From positions 719,090 to 783,089 of the forward strand of contig JAAOMT010000299.1 of NCBI GenBank assembly GCA_016748015.1: a DNA stretch of 64,000 nucleotides, read 5' to 3'. The notes beneath the pieces were generated by a model. The model searched no databases. It had not been told where the DNA came from and saw only the letters and a program-made list of their open reading frames with translations. Both the position numbers and the translations under genes were made by a program. Shown piece by piece: positions 51,652-64,000 of this stretch (positions are counted from its first letter, which is position 1; each line of letters begins with the position of its first letter). Source of the DNA: Geosiphon pyriformis uo1 (taxonomy: Eukaryota; Fungi; Glomeromycota).

Positions 51652-54600
51652 TATAGTGAATTAAAAAGAGAATTTTAAGTGAGATTTATTTTTAGTATGT
51701 GGGTTTTTATATTATTTTTGTTATTTCTCAGGCTGTTTTGTTGTTATTTTTTTTTTTTGTAAAATTGTTTTCAATTTTCTATTTAAGGGAATAACTATGG
51801 TGAATTTTTAATTTAAGTGTTCAAGTAGGGAGGTTGTTCAATGATAACTATTGGTTCCAAGTTTTGGGGAATATCTTTGGAATTAACTAAAAAGAAATGT
51901 GTACCAATCTGTGAAATTGATGGTTCAGGATATGTTCTGAAGTAATAATGTTTCAATTGATCTCTATGTGCAACTTTTGCTAAGATTTTGTTATCAAGTC
52001 TTAACTTGTATGATCCATTTCCTAAGATTTCGTGAATAAAGAATAGTTCATCCCATTTATGTTCAAATTTTCCACTCCACTGTTTTTCAGCTTTAGTTCT
52101 ATGTAGGAGAACTTTATTTCCAACTTTAAATTCATTGGTAATTAGTGGCAGCTTGTTGTCATGCCTCTCTTTTTGTTGAGTTTGTAAGTGTTCTATATGG
52201 GTTGCTGCTATTTGTCATTTTCTTTCTAGTGTGCTAAGAAGTGTATAAGCTTTTCTTTGTAATATCTCTTGGAAGTTGTTTTTGGTAATTGGTTGGACTG
52301 GATATGTTTTCACTGTGAAGTTAATGAGTAACATTGTTGTTCTTCCATAAGTGAGGTCAAATGGTGTGTGTTTCATTGTATCTTGTTTGAGTGTTCTATA
52401 GGCCAGTAACACTGATGGAATAAAGATATCCTATTTTTGCCCAAAATCTGTTAAGATCTTGGCTAGTAATTCACACAATGTTCTGTTGAAACATTCCACT
52501 AATCCATTTGTCTGTGGATAATAGGGTGAAGATAAAGGTCTTTTGACATTAAATCATTCACAAATTTCTTGTATCAGGTTGTTCACAAAATGTGTTCCCT
52601 GATTGAATAAAAGTTCAATTGGGCATCCATGTCTACAAATAATGTCTTCATAGATAAAATTTGCTACTGATTTTGCATCTGTTCATTGAATAGCTCTGGC
52701 TTCAGGCCATTTGGTAAGATAATCTATTGCTACTGCTATGTATTGGTTTTCTTGTGTGGTAATAGGTAGTGGTCTGACTAAATTAATACCAACTCGGTCA
52801 AAAGGTTGTTCAACTTTGATTGGATTTAAAGGTTTAGTAAGGCATGTTCCTTCTCTTCTTTAACAACTATCACAAGATTCAACTATTGATGTATGTCTCT
52901 TCTCATTCGGGACCAAAAATAGTATTCTAGTGTTCTTTGGATGGTGCTGTTTTTTCTAAAGTGTATTGATAAAGGATCTGAGTACATGTTGTATAATATA
53001 GTCTCTTTTTTGTGTTTTTGTATTAATCTGAGTAGTTTGTCTGGATTTTTGAAATTTTGATGATAAATAATATTGTTGTGTAGAAAATATTGTCTGGCTT
53101 GTTGTTGTAATTGATGGTTTTCATCTGAAGACCAATCTGTTGGGATTGTTAATGTCTTCAAATATTGTTTGAGATTGTTGTAGTTTTTTGAATTCATTGT
53201 TTGTTGGTTGTTAGATTGGTTAAGTTGAATGTTAATTTGTGTTTTTTAATCTTGTCTCATTCTGAAGAGACAATCAACATTGGTGTGGAGTTTTCTTGGT
53301 TTGTGATGTACTATATATTGGTAGTTTGCTAAAAATCCTGTTCATCTGGTTTGTTTTGCATTTAACTTTGTGTTTTTGTTTTGTAACTATTTGAGTCCAA
53401 TATTATCAGTAATAATATTGAATTCTTTAGGTTTGAGGTAAAGGTCAAAGTGGTATAAGACCCATATTACTGCTGCAGTTTTTAATTCTGTTGCTGGGTA
53501 GTTTTTCTCTGCTAGTTTTAATGTTCTACTTGCATAAGCAATTACTCATTCATTGCTATTGTTATCTAACTGTGATAAGATGGCACCAAAGACAGTATAA
53601 GAGGCATCTGTGGCTAATCGGAATTGGTTGCTAAAGTCTGGGTAGGCAAGAATTGGAGCTGTGGTGAACTTTTCTTTAAGTATTTTGAAGGTGTTTTGGT
53701 GTTCTTCCGTCCATTTGTATTTGGTGTTTTTAATGTTGAGCTGGTTAAGGGGTTTTGCTATTTCTGAAAATCCTTTGATGAATTTCCAATAATAAGAAGC
53801 TAATCCAACAAATTCTCTTAGTTCTGTGGTATTTTGTAGAACTTTGAAATTCTTAACAGCACTGATTTTTCTTGGGTCTGGTTTGACTCCTTCTCTACTA
53901 ACTATGTGACCAAGAAAGACCAAGCTTGTTTTTCCAAAATGACATTTTTCAATGTTTAATTTTAATTCTGCTTTTTGTAATCGTTGAAAAACTTCTCACA
54001 GATAAATTAAATAAAGTTCAAAAGATGGGGAATAAATGTTAATGTCATCAGCATATACAACATCTATGAGTCTTTGGAATGTTGCTGGTGTATTGCATAA
54101 TCCAAAGAGCATTACATTGAATTAGTAGTTTTCTCCTTGTGTTGTAAATGCTGTTTTGGGGCAATCCTTGGGATCTATGGCAACTTGCCAGTATCTGCTT
54201 TCTAAATCTAATGTTGAAAAGTATTTGGATTTTCCAAGTGCATCTAACATATCATCAATTTGGGGAAGAGGGTAGGCATCTTCAATTGTAACATTGTTCA
54301 GTTGTCGATAATCAACACAAAATCAGATTTTTCTATTTTTTTTTTTAACAAGTACTATTGGTGAAGTCCATGGGCTCATTGATAGTTAAATGAGCCCATT
54401 GTTAAGCATTCTTTGAACTTCTTCTCAAATAAATTGGTGGCTTTCTGGGACAACTTGGTATGCTTGTTGTCACCTAGGTTTAGCATCTCCTATGTAGATT
54501 TGATGTTAGACCAAATCAGTTCTTCCTAAATCGTTATTGTTTTTGGCGAATATGTTTGCATGTTCTGTGATTAACTCCTTAAGCTGGTTCTGTTGTTGGG

Positions 54601-55053
54601 GCTCTAGTTGTTCCATGTTGATTCGAGATAATTTTTCAACAACAATGTGATAGTTTTCAGAACTGGGTTTTGGGTTTATTCTGGGGAGAAAATGTCCAAT
54701 AATTTCCAAAAAGTTAAAAACTGTTTGGGGTAATTCTTGTTGAAAGATTTTGTTATGAATAATTTCAATTTCCAAATTATTTAGTAAAATGATGGGGTGA
54801 TGATTGGGGTTGTAAAAAGTAACTCGGACTTTCTTCATTCTTTTTGGAAGATAAATGTTTGGGATTGAGATGCCATTTTTTGTGCAAATTTGTTTACTGG
54901 CTTCGAAGATTTGTTGAGTAGTGGTGAGTTTTCTACAAATATAAATTTTGTGATGTTCTCCAAAGAGTAAAATGGTTATTGGTTGTGGAAGTCTGAGAAT
55001 CTGGTGAGATTCATTCTGTGTATTAAGGCTATATTAACTGGAACTATGAATTG

Positions 55054-55446
55054 TCCAGTTGAACCAAAATCTTGGGTTCCTCTCTCACTTTTCCCTAATT
55101 GTTCTCTTTGATTGACTAATTGCAAATCTGAAATGTTGATTAAGGGTAAATAAATAGCTTGGGCAATTTTTTCAGCATGTTCAATCTTGAATGATTTGTC
55201 AGTTTCATTTTGAAGCATTACTGTAATATCTCCAGTGTATCTAGCATCAATAATTCCTCCTCTTATGTTGATTCCTTTGCTTGCTAGAAAAGATTGGGAG
55301 GCAATTTGCACCATCATTCCTGATGGGATTTCAAGGGCAATTTTTAGATTAATTCTTGTAAGGGATTTTGGTTGAAGAATGAGGGTATCTTTTTCTGGAT
55401 ATCTTAGATCATATCCAGTGTTAATTTCGTGAGCTTTCTCAGGCTT
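55054..55446 (-). pseudogene. dUTPase domain within pol of element G
   Basis: KPEKAHEINTGYDLRY..ASQSFLASKGINIRGGIIDARYTGDI..EKIAQAI..SERGTQDFGSTG: all five trimeric dUTPase motifs in order. Confidence 0.95.
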
Positions 55447-58400
55447 AATTTCTTGTCCTTTATTGTTGAAGTATTTGAGTGTTATGGCCGGTTAGTTTTC
55501 AGTGAGATAAATAAGAGTTATTGAGACTTCTTTATACTGTATTTCAAATTTGATTTCATGCTGGTCATCTTTAATTGGTAATAGAATGCTAAGGGCATAG
55601 CATTCAGGACACCACTGTTTATCACAAGGCATAATGCATTCTTCACATAGCCTAATGTTCATTTGTTCTAATCATTGAATTTGAGCTTCTTGGGTTGGAT
55701 AAGTGTGACTTGCAATTTGGTGGTAGACTTCTACTTCATCTTTGTAATCAAATCCAGCTAATTCTATGGTGTATTCAATGTATTCTGCTTCTTTCATTTA
55801 ACGGACATCTTCTTTGGTAGCTCTATTAACTAATGCCATTGCTAGGTTGAAAATCATCTCAGCATTATGGGGGTAGTAATAAAGTTTGTTGAGAACACTG
55901 TTGTATGCTGCATCAAAGAGTGTTCCTCTTTTGACTTTTTCTGAAATTAATAAAACATATTGGCAGGTTTGATCACAGACTCCTTCTCTCATTGCTACAT
56001 CAATCCAATTATATTCTTCTGATAGCATATCTCCACAAGTCAAACAAAGGGTGTTGTCCTATTTTCCACTTCTTTTTATTAGATGGCCCTATTGTCCTCT
56101 GTGGCAAGCCTTGCAGTAATAACAAGTATGATTTTCATATTCTTTTTCAGATGAAATGCAGACTCTCATTGATAAAAGTTTTTTGTTACAATCTTTGCAT
56201 TTAAGTGGAATGTAGGGTGATTGTTTTCGTGGTTCTGGTGTAGAATATCTAACTTTCTTCCATCTTTTGAATTCTTCAAAGATTTTTTGTTCTGTTTCCT
56301 CAGCCCAATTGGATGTTGATCCAAGAGCCATGTAGGTTTCAATAAGTGGCATTTTTTTCTCTTCTTCAAATTCAAGTACTGGGGCTTTTTCTGATCATTT
56401 GTTGAAAGTTCCATACATAGCAGATACTATGGTGTGTTGTCCTTGATATGAGATTTTTAATTCCTGGATTTCCCAATCTAAATTTGCATTGGCCTTAAGA
56501 AGCCAATTATTTTCAATGAGAGCTTAGTATTGGGGTGCATCCATGACTAGGACTTTAACTGGAATAGTGATTCCATCAATAGTGAATGGAAAATTATCAA
56601 TTTCTCTTACTGGTGTCTTCTTTATACCATCTGCCATAATGATGACAGTTTGAGCTGGTTTGTCAACAGTTTGTTGAAGCTGTTGTATTAATTGGTAGGT
56701 AATAATACTTCCAGCAGATCCACTGTCTAATATTAAGTGAATTGGTTTTCCTTCTACTTCAGCTTTAGTATACATTACTGTAATAGCTTTTTGTTTGTTA
56801 ACTGCTACATTGCTGAGTAGAGATGGTGATTCATTGGCTTTAAATTCGAATGGAAAGATGTTTAAAAAATTGGCATTTCAGGCAATTCTGGCTGGTGGAA
56901 TAGTATTACTAAAAGGATTTTGTCTTGGTGCTACAGCTTTATCTTCAAAAAGTGCAGTTTGCTGAAAATTTGATTCCTCTGGTATTGTAAGATAACTGGG
57001 TTGAATGTGATAGTATGTGGACCTATGTTGATTCGAATTTTGAGTGGTTAATTGGTTGTTGAAATTTAATCTGTTGTTGTTTGTTGAAAAACGGTTTTGT
57101 AGTGTAAATTGATTATGTTGAATCAATCTTCTAGCTGGCACTTGATATTGTGATGTGGATGGTTGTTGATACTGTTGTTAGATTGGTTGTAGAGCAGGTT
57201 AATAATAGTGGTTTGGATATTGTGGCCTTGGTAAATATTGAGCTAGTGGTAGTAGATAATATGATTGTTGTGGTTGGGAATAATATTAATTATTTCTCTG
57301 TTGTTGGTCTTATTGCAATTTTCTACAATTGCGTTTTTAGTGTCCTGGAATTCCACAATAATGACAATTTTGGATTTGGTTGTTGGATAATAATCCAAAG
57401 TTGTTTTGATTGCATCGTTGTGGGGGTTGGTATCTTTGTGGTTGTTGTGATTGCTGTGGCTGCTGTTGTTGTTATTGGTTGGTAAAGTAGTTTTCAACTT
57501 TCTTGGTTAATTGGTCAATCTTTTCTTCAGCTGCTGAGCTGGTTTCTCCAATAGCCAGGTTAACAAGTTTGGTATGGTTGGCTTCTTCTATGGTCATTTC
57601 ATAGTTTTTTGCCTGTTAAATAGCAGTGGTTAAATTTTCTGGTGCATGTGGGCAAACTTTCTTGATAAGTTTGTCTTTTAGTCTAGCAATGAATTGATCC
57701 AAGATTTGTGCATTGGAGTAGTATTTATTGGTTTCCAATTGGTGAATTCTTCTAAGCAGTTTGTTGAATTTCCCAAGATAGGTTATAACTGATTCATTTG
57801 GTTCTTGTTTGATATTTTAGAACCAATTTTGAAGAGTAATGGAAGTGTTATTGTCAGTAAACTGTTCTAGAAAAGCAGTTTTGAATGCTTCCTAGTCTTC
57901 TGGTGGGGCTTCCAAGTTTTCAAACCATTTGCCAACCATTTCTTGTAAGAAATATGGAATTGCTTTTAACATTCTGGCAGCATTCCAACCATTTGCATCT
58001 CCTGCTTTTGAGACTTTGTCAAGCCATTCTTGAGGACTGGTTTCACTGTCTTTTTCTGTAAACTCAGGGATTTTTGCGATATATGTGGAGACCATTTCTT
58101 CTTTGTTTTCTGAGTCTTCTGTTTCTTGTTCTGATTCAGTCTCTTCACTTCAATTTTCTGCTAAGTAGTCAATAAAGTTTGTGCTGGTTAATATTGGTTC
58201 CTGTTGTTGAATAGGGCTTTTGGGTGACTGAAAATCTTCTATTCTTAAAAACCAAATAAGTAGTGAGCTTGGTGTTTGCGGTTGAGCAAGTAAAGCTGGA
58301 AATGGTGTGATTAAGAATGATAATTTAAAGCTGGTTTCTTGTTCTGGAGTTTGTAAATGTTTGGCAGTGGTTTTAGGAGTATTGGGAGTAGTTCTGAGTT

Positions 58401-58802
58401 TTTGTTTCCTTTTTCTTTTTCCTTCTTCTATTTCCAATTCAAAACTAAGAGAAAATTTCTGTTCTACTGGATAATTTTCTTTACAATACTGAATGATATT
58501 GAAGTTGAGTTCTTGGAAGTATGTTTCAAGTGTTTGACTGTTAAAATTCTGAGTGTTTAAACAAGAGTGATGTACTAAGCTTTCATATAAGTTGTGTCTA
58601 ACTTCTGAAATGTTGTAGTCTCCAAGAAGATAATTGTTGATGCAATTTTTAATGTACTGGTAAAGTGTTTTCTTGAATGTTTCAATTTTGTCTGGAATGT
58701 TAAATCTCTGCTTGCAGTGGGTGTAGATTGACTGATAATACTCTAGAGTCCTTAAATCTGTTTGAGTCGCCACTTTTGAAGTTGTTGTCACTGTGTTATT
58801 TT

Positions 58803-58817
58803 CGTGGAAGAGCACTA
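58803..58817 (-). promoter_or_regulatory. Primer-binding site of element G, T(A)GTGCTCTTCCACG
   Basis: Starts 2 nt inside the 5' LTR boundary; TGG has decayed to TAG. Confidence 0.7.
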
Positions 58818-61800
58818 AATATTACTGGAGGTTTTTGGTCTCTTTTTTTAATGGTTGTTGATGCTTGTTTGCTGTAAATTCACGTTTTCTGGATGTGGTT
58901 GAACCTCTAGTACTGAATTTATCTTCAAATTATTTCCTATAATTTGAACTGCTGGGCTTATAAGTGGAATAACCAATTCCGTGCTAGTTACTTTATGTAA
59001 TTACATTGTAGTAAATGTCAACTCTTTCCCAGGAATTGCTCGTCTGGAAGCTTACTAAAAATGTGTAGTTACTTTGCTGTGAAAGTCAACTTTTCTACAG
59101 GAATCTCATCTGTAGACTACCCTAATGATTATAATAAGAAAATAAAATAAAAGTAAAAGAAAAGTAAAAGAAATTGAATTCTGTCAAGGGAAACGTTTTC
59201 TATCCAGGCCTGGAGTCACTAATGGTTTACTGAAATTGGTAGCTAATCAATTTCAAAATGTTAGTTGGGTTTTGGGAATTTTCAGGTGCAATAATTAAGA
59301 AGTTGATTTTTGAATTATTTGATATTTATTTCGTTTTTGTGTATTAAATTAATTCAATTTAAGATATCTAAAGGTAAGATATATTTTCTCAAAGAGAGAA
59401 GCTCTTCTTTTATACAACTTGTTGTAGTACTAGTCTGTGAACTTGAACTATTTTCTTTATTATGATTTCGACAAACTAAAGGTACATTTCAGCAAACTTA
59501 CAAGTTATTTCTATGAACTATTGAATATTTCAGTGAACTATTAATTATTTCGGCAAATTTACACAAATTTCAGCAAACTTTTGAATATTGACTGGTTCAG
59601 GGTATTGTGTAATTTGATTGTCCTAATTTCTATAGTACAAATCATGTTATTAATTGATTGGTGATATTTGATAATTTGATTGAATAATAAGTAATGATTT
59701 GAAATAATAATATATGTTAATTAATGATAGGAATTATAAGGGTAATTTCATGTTAATTAATATCTCAAATTTCAGTTGGTAATAATGGTCTAACTAAGTT
59801 AATTCTGATTCAATTAAATAGTTGTTTCACTTTAATTGGTCTTGTTTTTTTCCTTTTCTGACAAGCATTACAATTTTGAACATATTGAATAATATCTGGA
59901 TATATTAATGACCAATAGTATTTTTTTTTGTTCTTTTTATGGTTGCTTCTTTATGAAAATATTCTGCTGTTGAATCTGAGTGCATGTTAAATAGTATTGT
60001 TTTTTTTTTGGTTTTATAATAACTCTGAATGGCTGATTTAGATCTTTTCTATTTTTCTAATATAATATATTTTGGTAAATAATAAAGTATTTTAATTGTT
60101 GTTTTATGTTGTTTTATTTTTTTTAAGATAATTTTTTCTTAAACTGTTAAATATTAATATAATATTGGAGTTGTTAATATTTTTGTGTTTATTTTTTGTT
60201 ATATTTTTGGATTAAAATATTTTTAGAATTATCTTATTCATAACAAACCATTAATATTTCTATTTTTTTTCTTTTTTTATAATGTATAATATAATTAAAT
60301 AGTGATAATTTTATTTTTTATCTTGTATAACTGGATTAATGTTAATTCTTTGTAATTAGTATACACATCAAACTTTTGACTCAAATATTCTTTCTATTTG
60401 ATGACAACCCAATAGATAGCTAAGTGTTCTAATGTTGGGATTCCATTGTTTTTTTTGGCTCAACTTAAACTTTAGCTGGCATATCCTACTGAATATTTTT
60501 GTCTATTTATTTCTTTTTGTAACAATACAGCTTTTAATGCTTGACTGGATGTATTGGTAATAATGATAAATAGTTTGCTGTAATCTGAATAGATCAATAT
60601 TGATGCTTGAATAAACTTTCTTCTTAAGATGTTAAAAGCTGCTTGTTGAATTTCAGTTCATTTATATTTTACATTCTTTGCTTAAAGCTGGTGAAGTGGT
60701 TGAGCCAGTTTGGAAAAGTTTTGGATAAAATGGCAATAGTATCTAACAAATTCCAAGAATGTTTTTAATTCTATAAGATTTGTTAATACTAAAAAGTTTT
60801 TGATAATTTTAATCTTATTTGGATCCATTTTGATGCCATTTTTGCTTATGACATATTCCAAAAACTTGAGTTCAGATTTTCCAAAGAAATACTTTGTAGC
60901 ATTTAACTTTAGTCTGGCTTTTTTTAGTTTTTTAAATACTTGTTAGAGATGGTAGAGATAATTGTCAAACGTTTTGAAAAACATGTTGGTATTATCCAAG
61001 TATACCACTACTGATTTCCATAGTAGTCTGATATAAATAATTTCTATAAGCTATTAAAAAATGGTTGGCACATTTATTAAGCCAAATGGCATAACATTAA
61101 ATTCAAAGTTCTTTTCTCTGATTGTAAACATTGTTTTTTCTTTGTTAGCTGAATTTATGGCTACTTGCCAGTAATCATTGTCTAAATCCAATGTTGAAAA
61201 CCATTTCTTTCTTCCAAATACATTAAATAGTTTTTGGATTTATGAAATTGGATAGCTGTCTCCACAAGTCACACTGTTGAGTTTTTTATAATCTACACAA
61301 AAGCAGATCTTTTCATTCTTTTTTTGGACTAGTACTACTGATAATAACTATGGACTCATTTATAATTGAATTAATTTGTTGTTCAACATTCTGTTGATTT
61401 CTTGTTAAATAATTTCATGGCTTGCTAGTAATATTCAGTATGCTTTTTGTTTGATTGGCATAGCATCTCCAGTTTTGATCTAATGCTAAATAATGTTAGT
61501 TCTGCCAAATTTATTTTCACTGGCAAATATATTGGTAAAATTGTTGAGAAGCATTTTAAATTGCATATATTAAAGTGGGTCTATGTTTCTCAAGTTCATT
61601 TGATCTAATTGTTCTGGTTGAAGCAAATAACATTTTTCTCATCTGTATATAGTTTATAATGTTATATTCACATATTTGCACAATAGTGGAAAATCTGAAA
61701 TAGTGTTTGGCAGTTGGTTTTCAACTTCAATGCTTAAGTATCTAATGGTAATTTCACTTGGTATTTCAATAATCTTTTCAGTTATATTATAAATAGAAAT

Positions 61801-62029
61801 TTTGATGTGCTTATAATTCTTGGCTGATATATAAAGATTGATAATTCTAATCTTTCCTAATTCATAAATAGTTGGTTCTGCTTCAAAAATCTGGGGCTAA
61901 TTTCTTACTTTTCTTTCTATTATTAACATATGCTGATCATATAGTAAAATAGAAACTAATTGATGAGTAGAGATAATTTCTCTCTTATCAATTGTTTCTT
62001 TCTCTGCCATATTAATTAGTACATCTATT

Positions 62030-62425
62030 TTACCTATGGATCCAAATATATTTTTTTCTCTTGCTGTAATCCCTAATTTTTTTCTTGTTTCTATTGGCAC
62101 TAATTAAGCTATTTTTACCAAAGGTAGAAATATTGCTTGTGTTATTTTTTCATTTGGTTCAATGATATATGGTTTTTCTAAATCATTTTGTAGCATTGCA
62201 ATAATATTTCTTACATATTCTGCATTAATTATTCCTCCTTTAATATTAATTTCTTATTTTGTTAATCTAGATCTAGATATTAATTGAACCATTATTGTTG
62301 TCAGGATTTCTAATGTTATCTTCAAATCAATACAATGCATATATTAAGCTCCAATATTATGGCATATTTTTTTGGATATCTTAGATCAAATTCTGTATTA
62401 GTATTATGCACACATTTTGGCATAA
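62030..62425 (-). pseudogene. dUTPase domain within pol of element H
   Basis: TEFDLRY..KGGIINAEYVRNI..EKITQAIFLP..ITAREKNIFGSIG. Confidence 0.88.
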
Positions 62426-63445
62426 TATCTTTGTTATTATTACTGAACTATCATAGTTTTTGCTCTATAGAAAGATCTAAGAGCATGATATATTGTTTGG
62501 ATTTTAAATTGGAGTTTGAATTGTTATGATCATTGTTATAGTAAATAGAGTTGAAACTATTGTTGTTATCATCATCAGAATTTGAATTAAGATTGAACTT
62601 CAATTTCTCTACTGTATACTTGTTGATTGGTTCTTTTTTTTAGAAATTGAATAGATTATACATAATAGTAAATTGTAAATGAGGTCACAATTATCACAAT
62701 AATTAAAATCACTGAAAATTAAGCAATATTTACATAGTTTTGTGTTTAGCTGTTCCAAATGTTGCTTTTATTTTTCTCTAGTAGATGCTAAGTCTTAGTA
62801 GTGTTTGTGAAATTGTTTTGGATCATTCAGGATATCAAAAAATACATCTAAATTGGGAATCAAAATGGTCTTAACCAGTTTTGGTGGGTTATTTTTGATT
62901 ACTAATATTTTGCTGGGTAATGCACTTTTAACTTTAGTACTTGCCATTCACCAAATTTTGTTTTTGTCATGGAAATAGCCATTTAAACATGATATTACTT
63001 GGTTCTATGTGACATTAAAAAATGTTTCTCAGCTTACCCAGTCACTTATTAAAATTATGTATTGACACAATGAATTACATATTTCTTCTCTATTAGGAAT
63101 GTTATTCCATATTCTTTTATTGAGTAGTATTTTACTGCAAGCAAGACATAATTTATTGTTTCACTTTTTTTGTCATTTTGGATAACCAAAATGCTCTTAG
63201 TGGCACAGTTTACAGTAATAATGAGTTTACATTCAGTAATTTTTGTTTGGTGCAATCCAAGCTCCTATGGATAAAAGTTTTTTCTTGTAATTAATACATT
63301 TAAGAAGAATATAGAATGGTTTCTTTTTTGTGTCTACTAAGTACAAAGTGTGCTAACTGTTGACAGTTTCTTTGGTGTCAGTGGTGTTTTGTGGTTTATT
63401 TTTCTCTTTTCCTTTTTTTTTGTCATCCCATAATAGAATTGGTGG

Positions 63446-64000
63446 TGTTACCAGAGGTTTTTGGTCTCTTTTCTTGAATGTTGTAAATGTCTGTTGGTTG
63501 CAAATTCACGTTTTTTAGAAGTAGTTGAACCTCCAATAACTGAATTTATCTTCAAATTATCTCCTATAATTTGAACTGCTGGGCTTATAAGTGGAATGGT
63601 TAATTCTTTGTCAGTTACTTTATGTAGTTACGTTGTAGTAAACATCAACTCTTTCCCAGAAATTGCTCGTCTGGAAGCTTACTAAAAAAATGTGTAGTTA
63701 CTTTGCTGTAAAAGTCAACTCTTCTACAGGAATTTCGTTTGTAGACTACCCTAATGATTGTAATAAGAAAAGAAAAGAAAAATAAAAGAAATGTAAAAGA
63801 AATAGAATTCTGTCAAGGGAAACGTTTTTTATCCAGGCCTGGAGTCACTAACAGTTTACTAAAATTGGTAGCTAATCAATTTCAAAATGTTAGTTGGGTT
63901 CTTGGGGATTTTCCAAGTGCAAATAATTAAAAAATTTGGTTTTTTGAATTATTTGATATTTATTTCTTTTTGTGTGTGTAGGAATGGTTCTAAGTGATAA
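63446..64000 (-). mobile_element. G-family LTR inserted in element H, cut by the window end
   Basis: TGTTACCAGAGGTTTTTGG.. matches 49999 onward; left flank GTGG. Confidence 0.92.

Larger units (their letters stand above)
49999..59784 (-). mobile_element. Near-full-length Ty3/Gypsy element G (gag-PR-Cys-rich-dUTPase-RT-RH-IN-ORF3)
   Basis: Two 965-bp LTRs (49999-50963, 58820-59784), perfect ATGG TSD, PBS 58803-58817, PPT GAGGAGAAGG next to 50964. Capsid IAKIPEFT..QEWL, protease LILDSGSAGS, RT YADD at 54044-54055, RH LATDAS, integrase. Confidence 0.97.
47464..64000 (-). mobile_element. Element H: A-like dUTPase-bearing Ty3/Gypsy; runs off the window; hosts element G and a second G LTR
   Basis: 3' LTR 47464-48339, PPT, ORF3 48354-48996, IN ~49100-49998 resuming at 59789, RH/RT ~60240-61500, dUTPase ~62030-62425, Cys-rich region ~62660-63310. 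Confidence 0.9.

Noticed and set aside
51800-52110. Chromodomain at the integrase C-terminus
   Set aside because: The tail shows a GPY/F-type region (KW..FFIHEILGNGSYKL) and a short ending; no chromodomain motif (Y.VKW.G) is visible.
55054-55446. Stand-alone host or horizontally acquired dut gene
   Set aside because: Embedded in pol at the same position in several elements and decaying with them.
57150-57485. Val-rich ORF and similar antisense ORFs (5583-5771, 11063-11356, 15928-16293, 45301-45588, 50616-50819)
   Set aside because: Shadow frames of gag/pol or LTR low-complexity sequence, not conserved between copies.

Overview
Eukaryotic, very AT-rich DNA. It is most likely from an early-diverging (Glomeromycotina-like) fungus, but that is an inference from short GT-AG introns and repeat style. 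There is one host gene: the 5' part of a spliced virilizer/VIRMA-like m6A-writer subunit (minus strand, 887 to <1). Almost everything from ~1.2 kb to the end is a nested retrotransposon graveyard. Its basal layer is a fossil APE-RT LINE, invaded by at least four non-chromoviral Ty3/Gypsy LTR families (labelled A, B, D, G here). These comprise three near-full-length elements with paired LTRs and 4-bp TSDs (7979-17459, 24027-32502, 49999-59784), truncated copies, four solo LTRs and two non-autonomous deletion derivatives. All coding regions are disrupted, mostly by C>T/G>A transitions. Main points of interest: (1) families A, B and G all carry a homologous, soluble-looking ~215-240 aa third ORF in the env position; (2) families A and G carry a five-motif dUTPase and a Cys-rich domain between protease and RT; (3) two separate insertions share one in-frame deletion that removes RT/RH/IN, indicating a mobilised Gag-PR-only family; (4) all 13 readable target sites have a central YR step; (5) LTR pairs differ almost only by transitions, mostly outside CpG. 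Everything was read by eye; no alignments or database searches were run.
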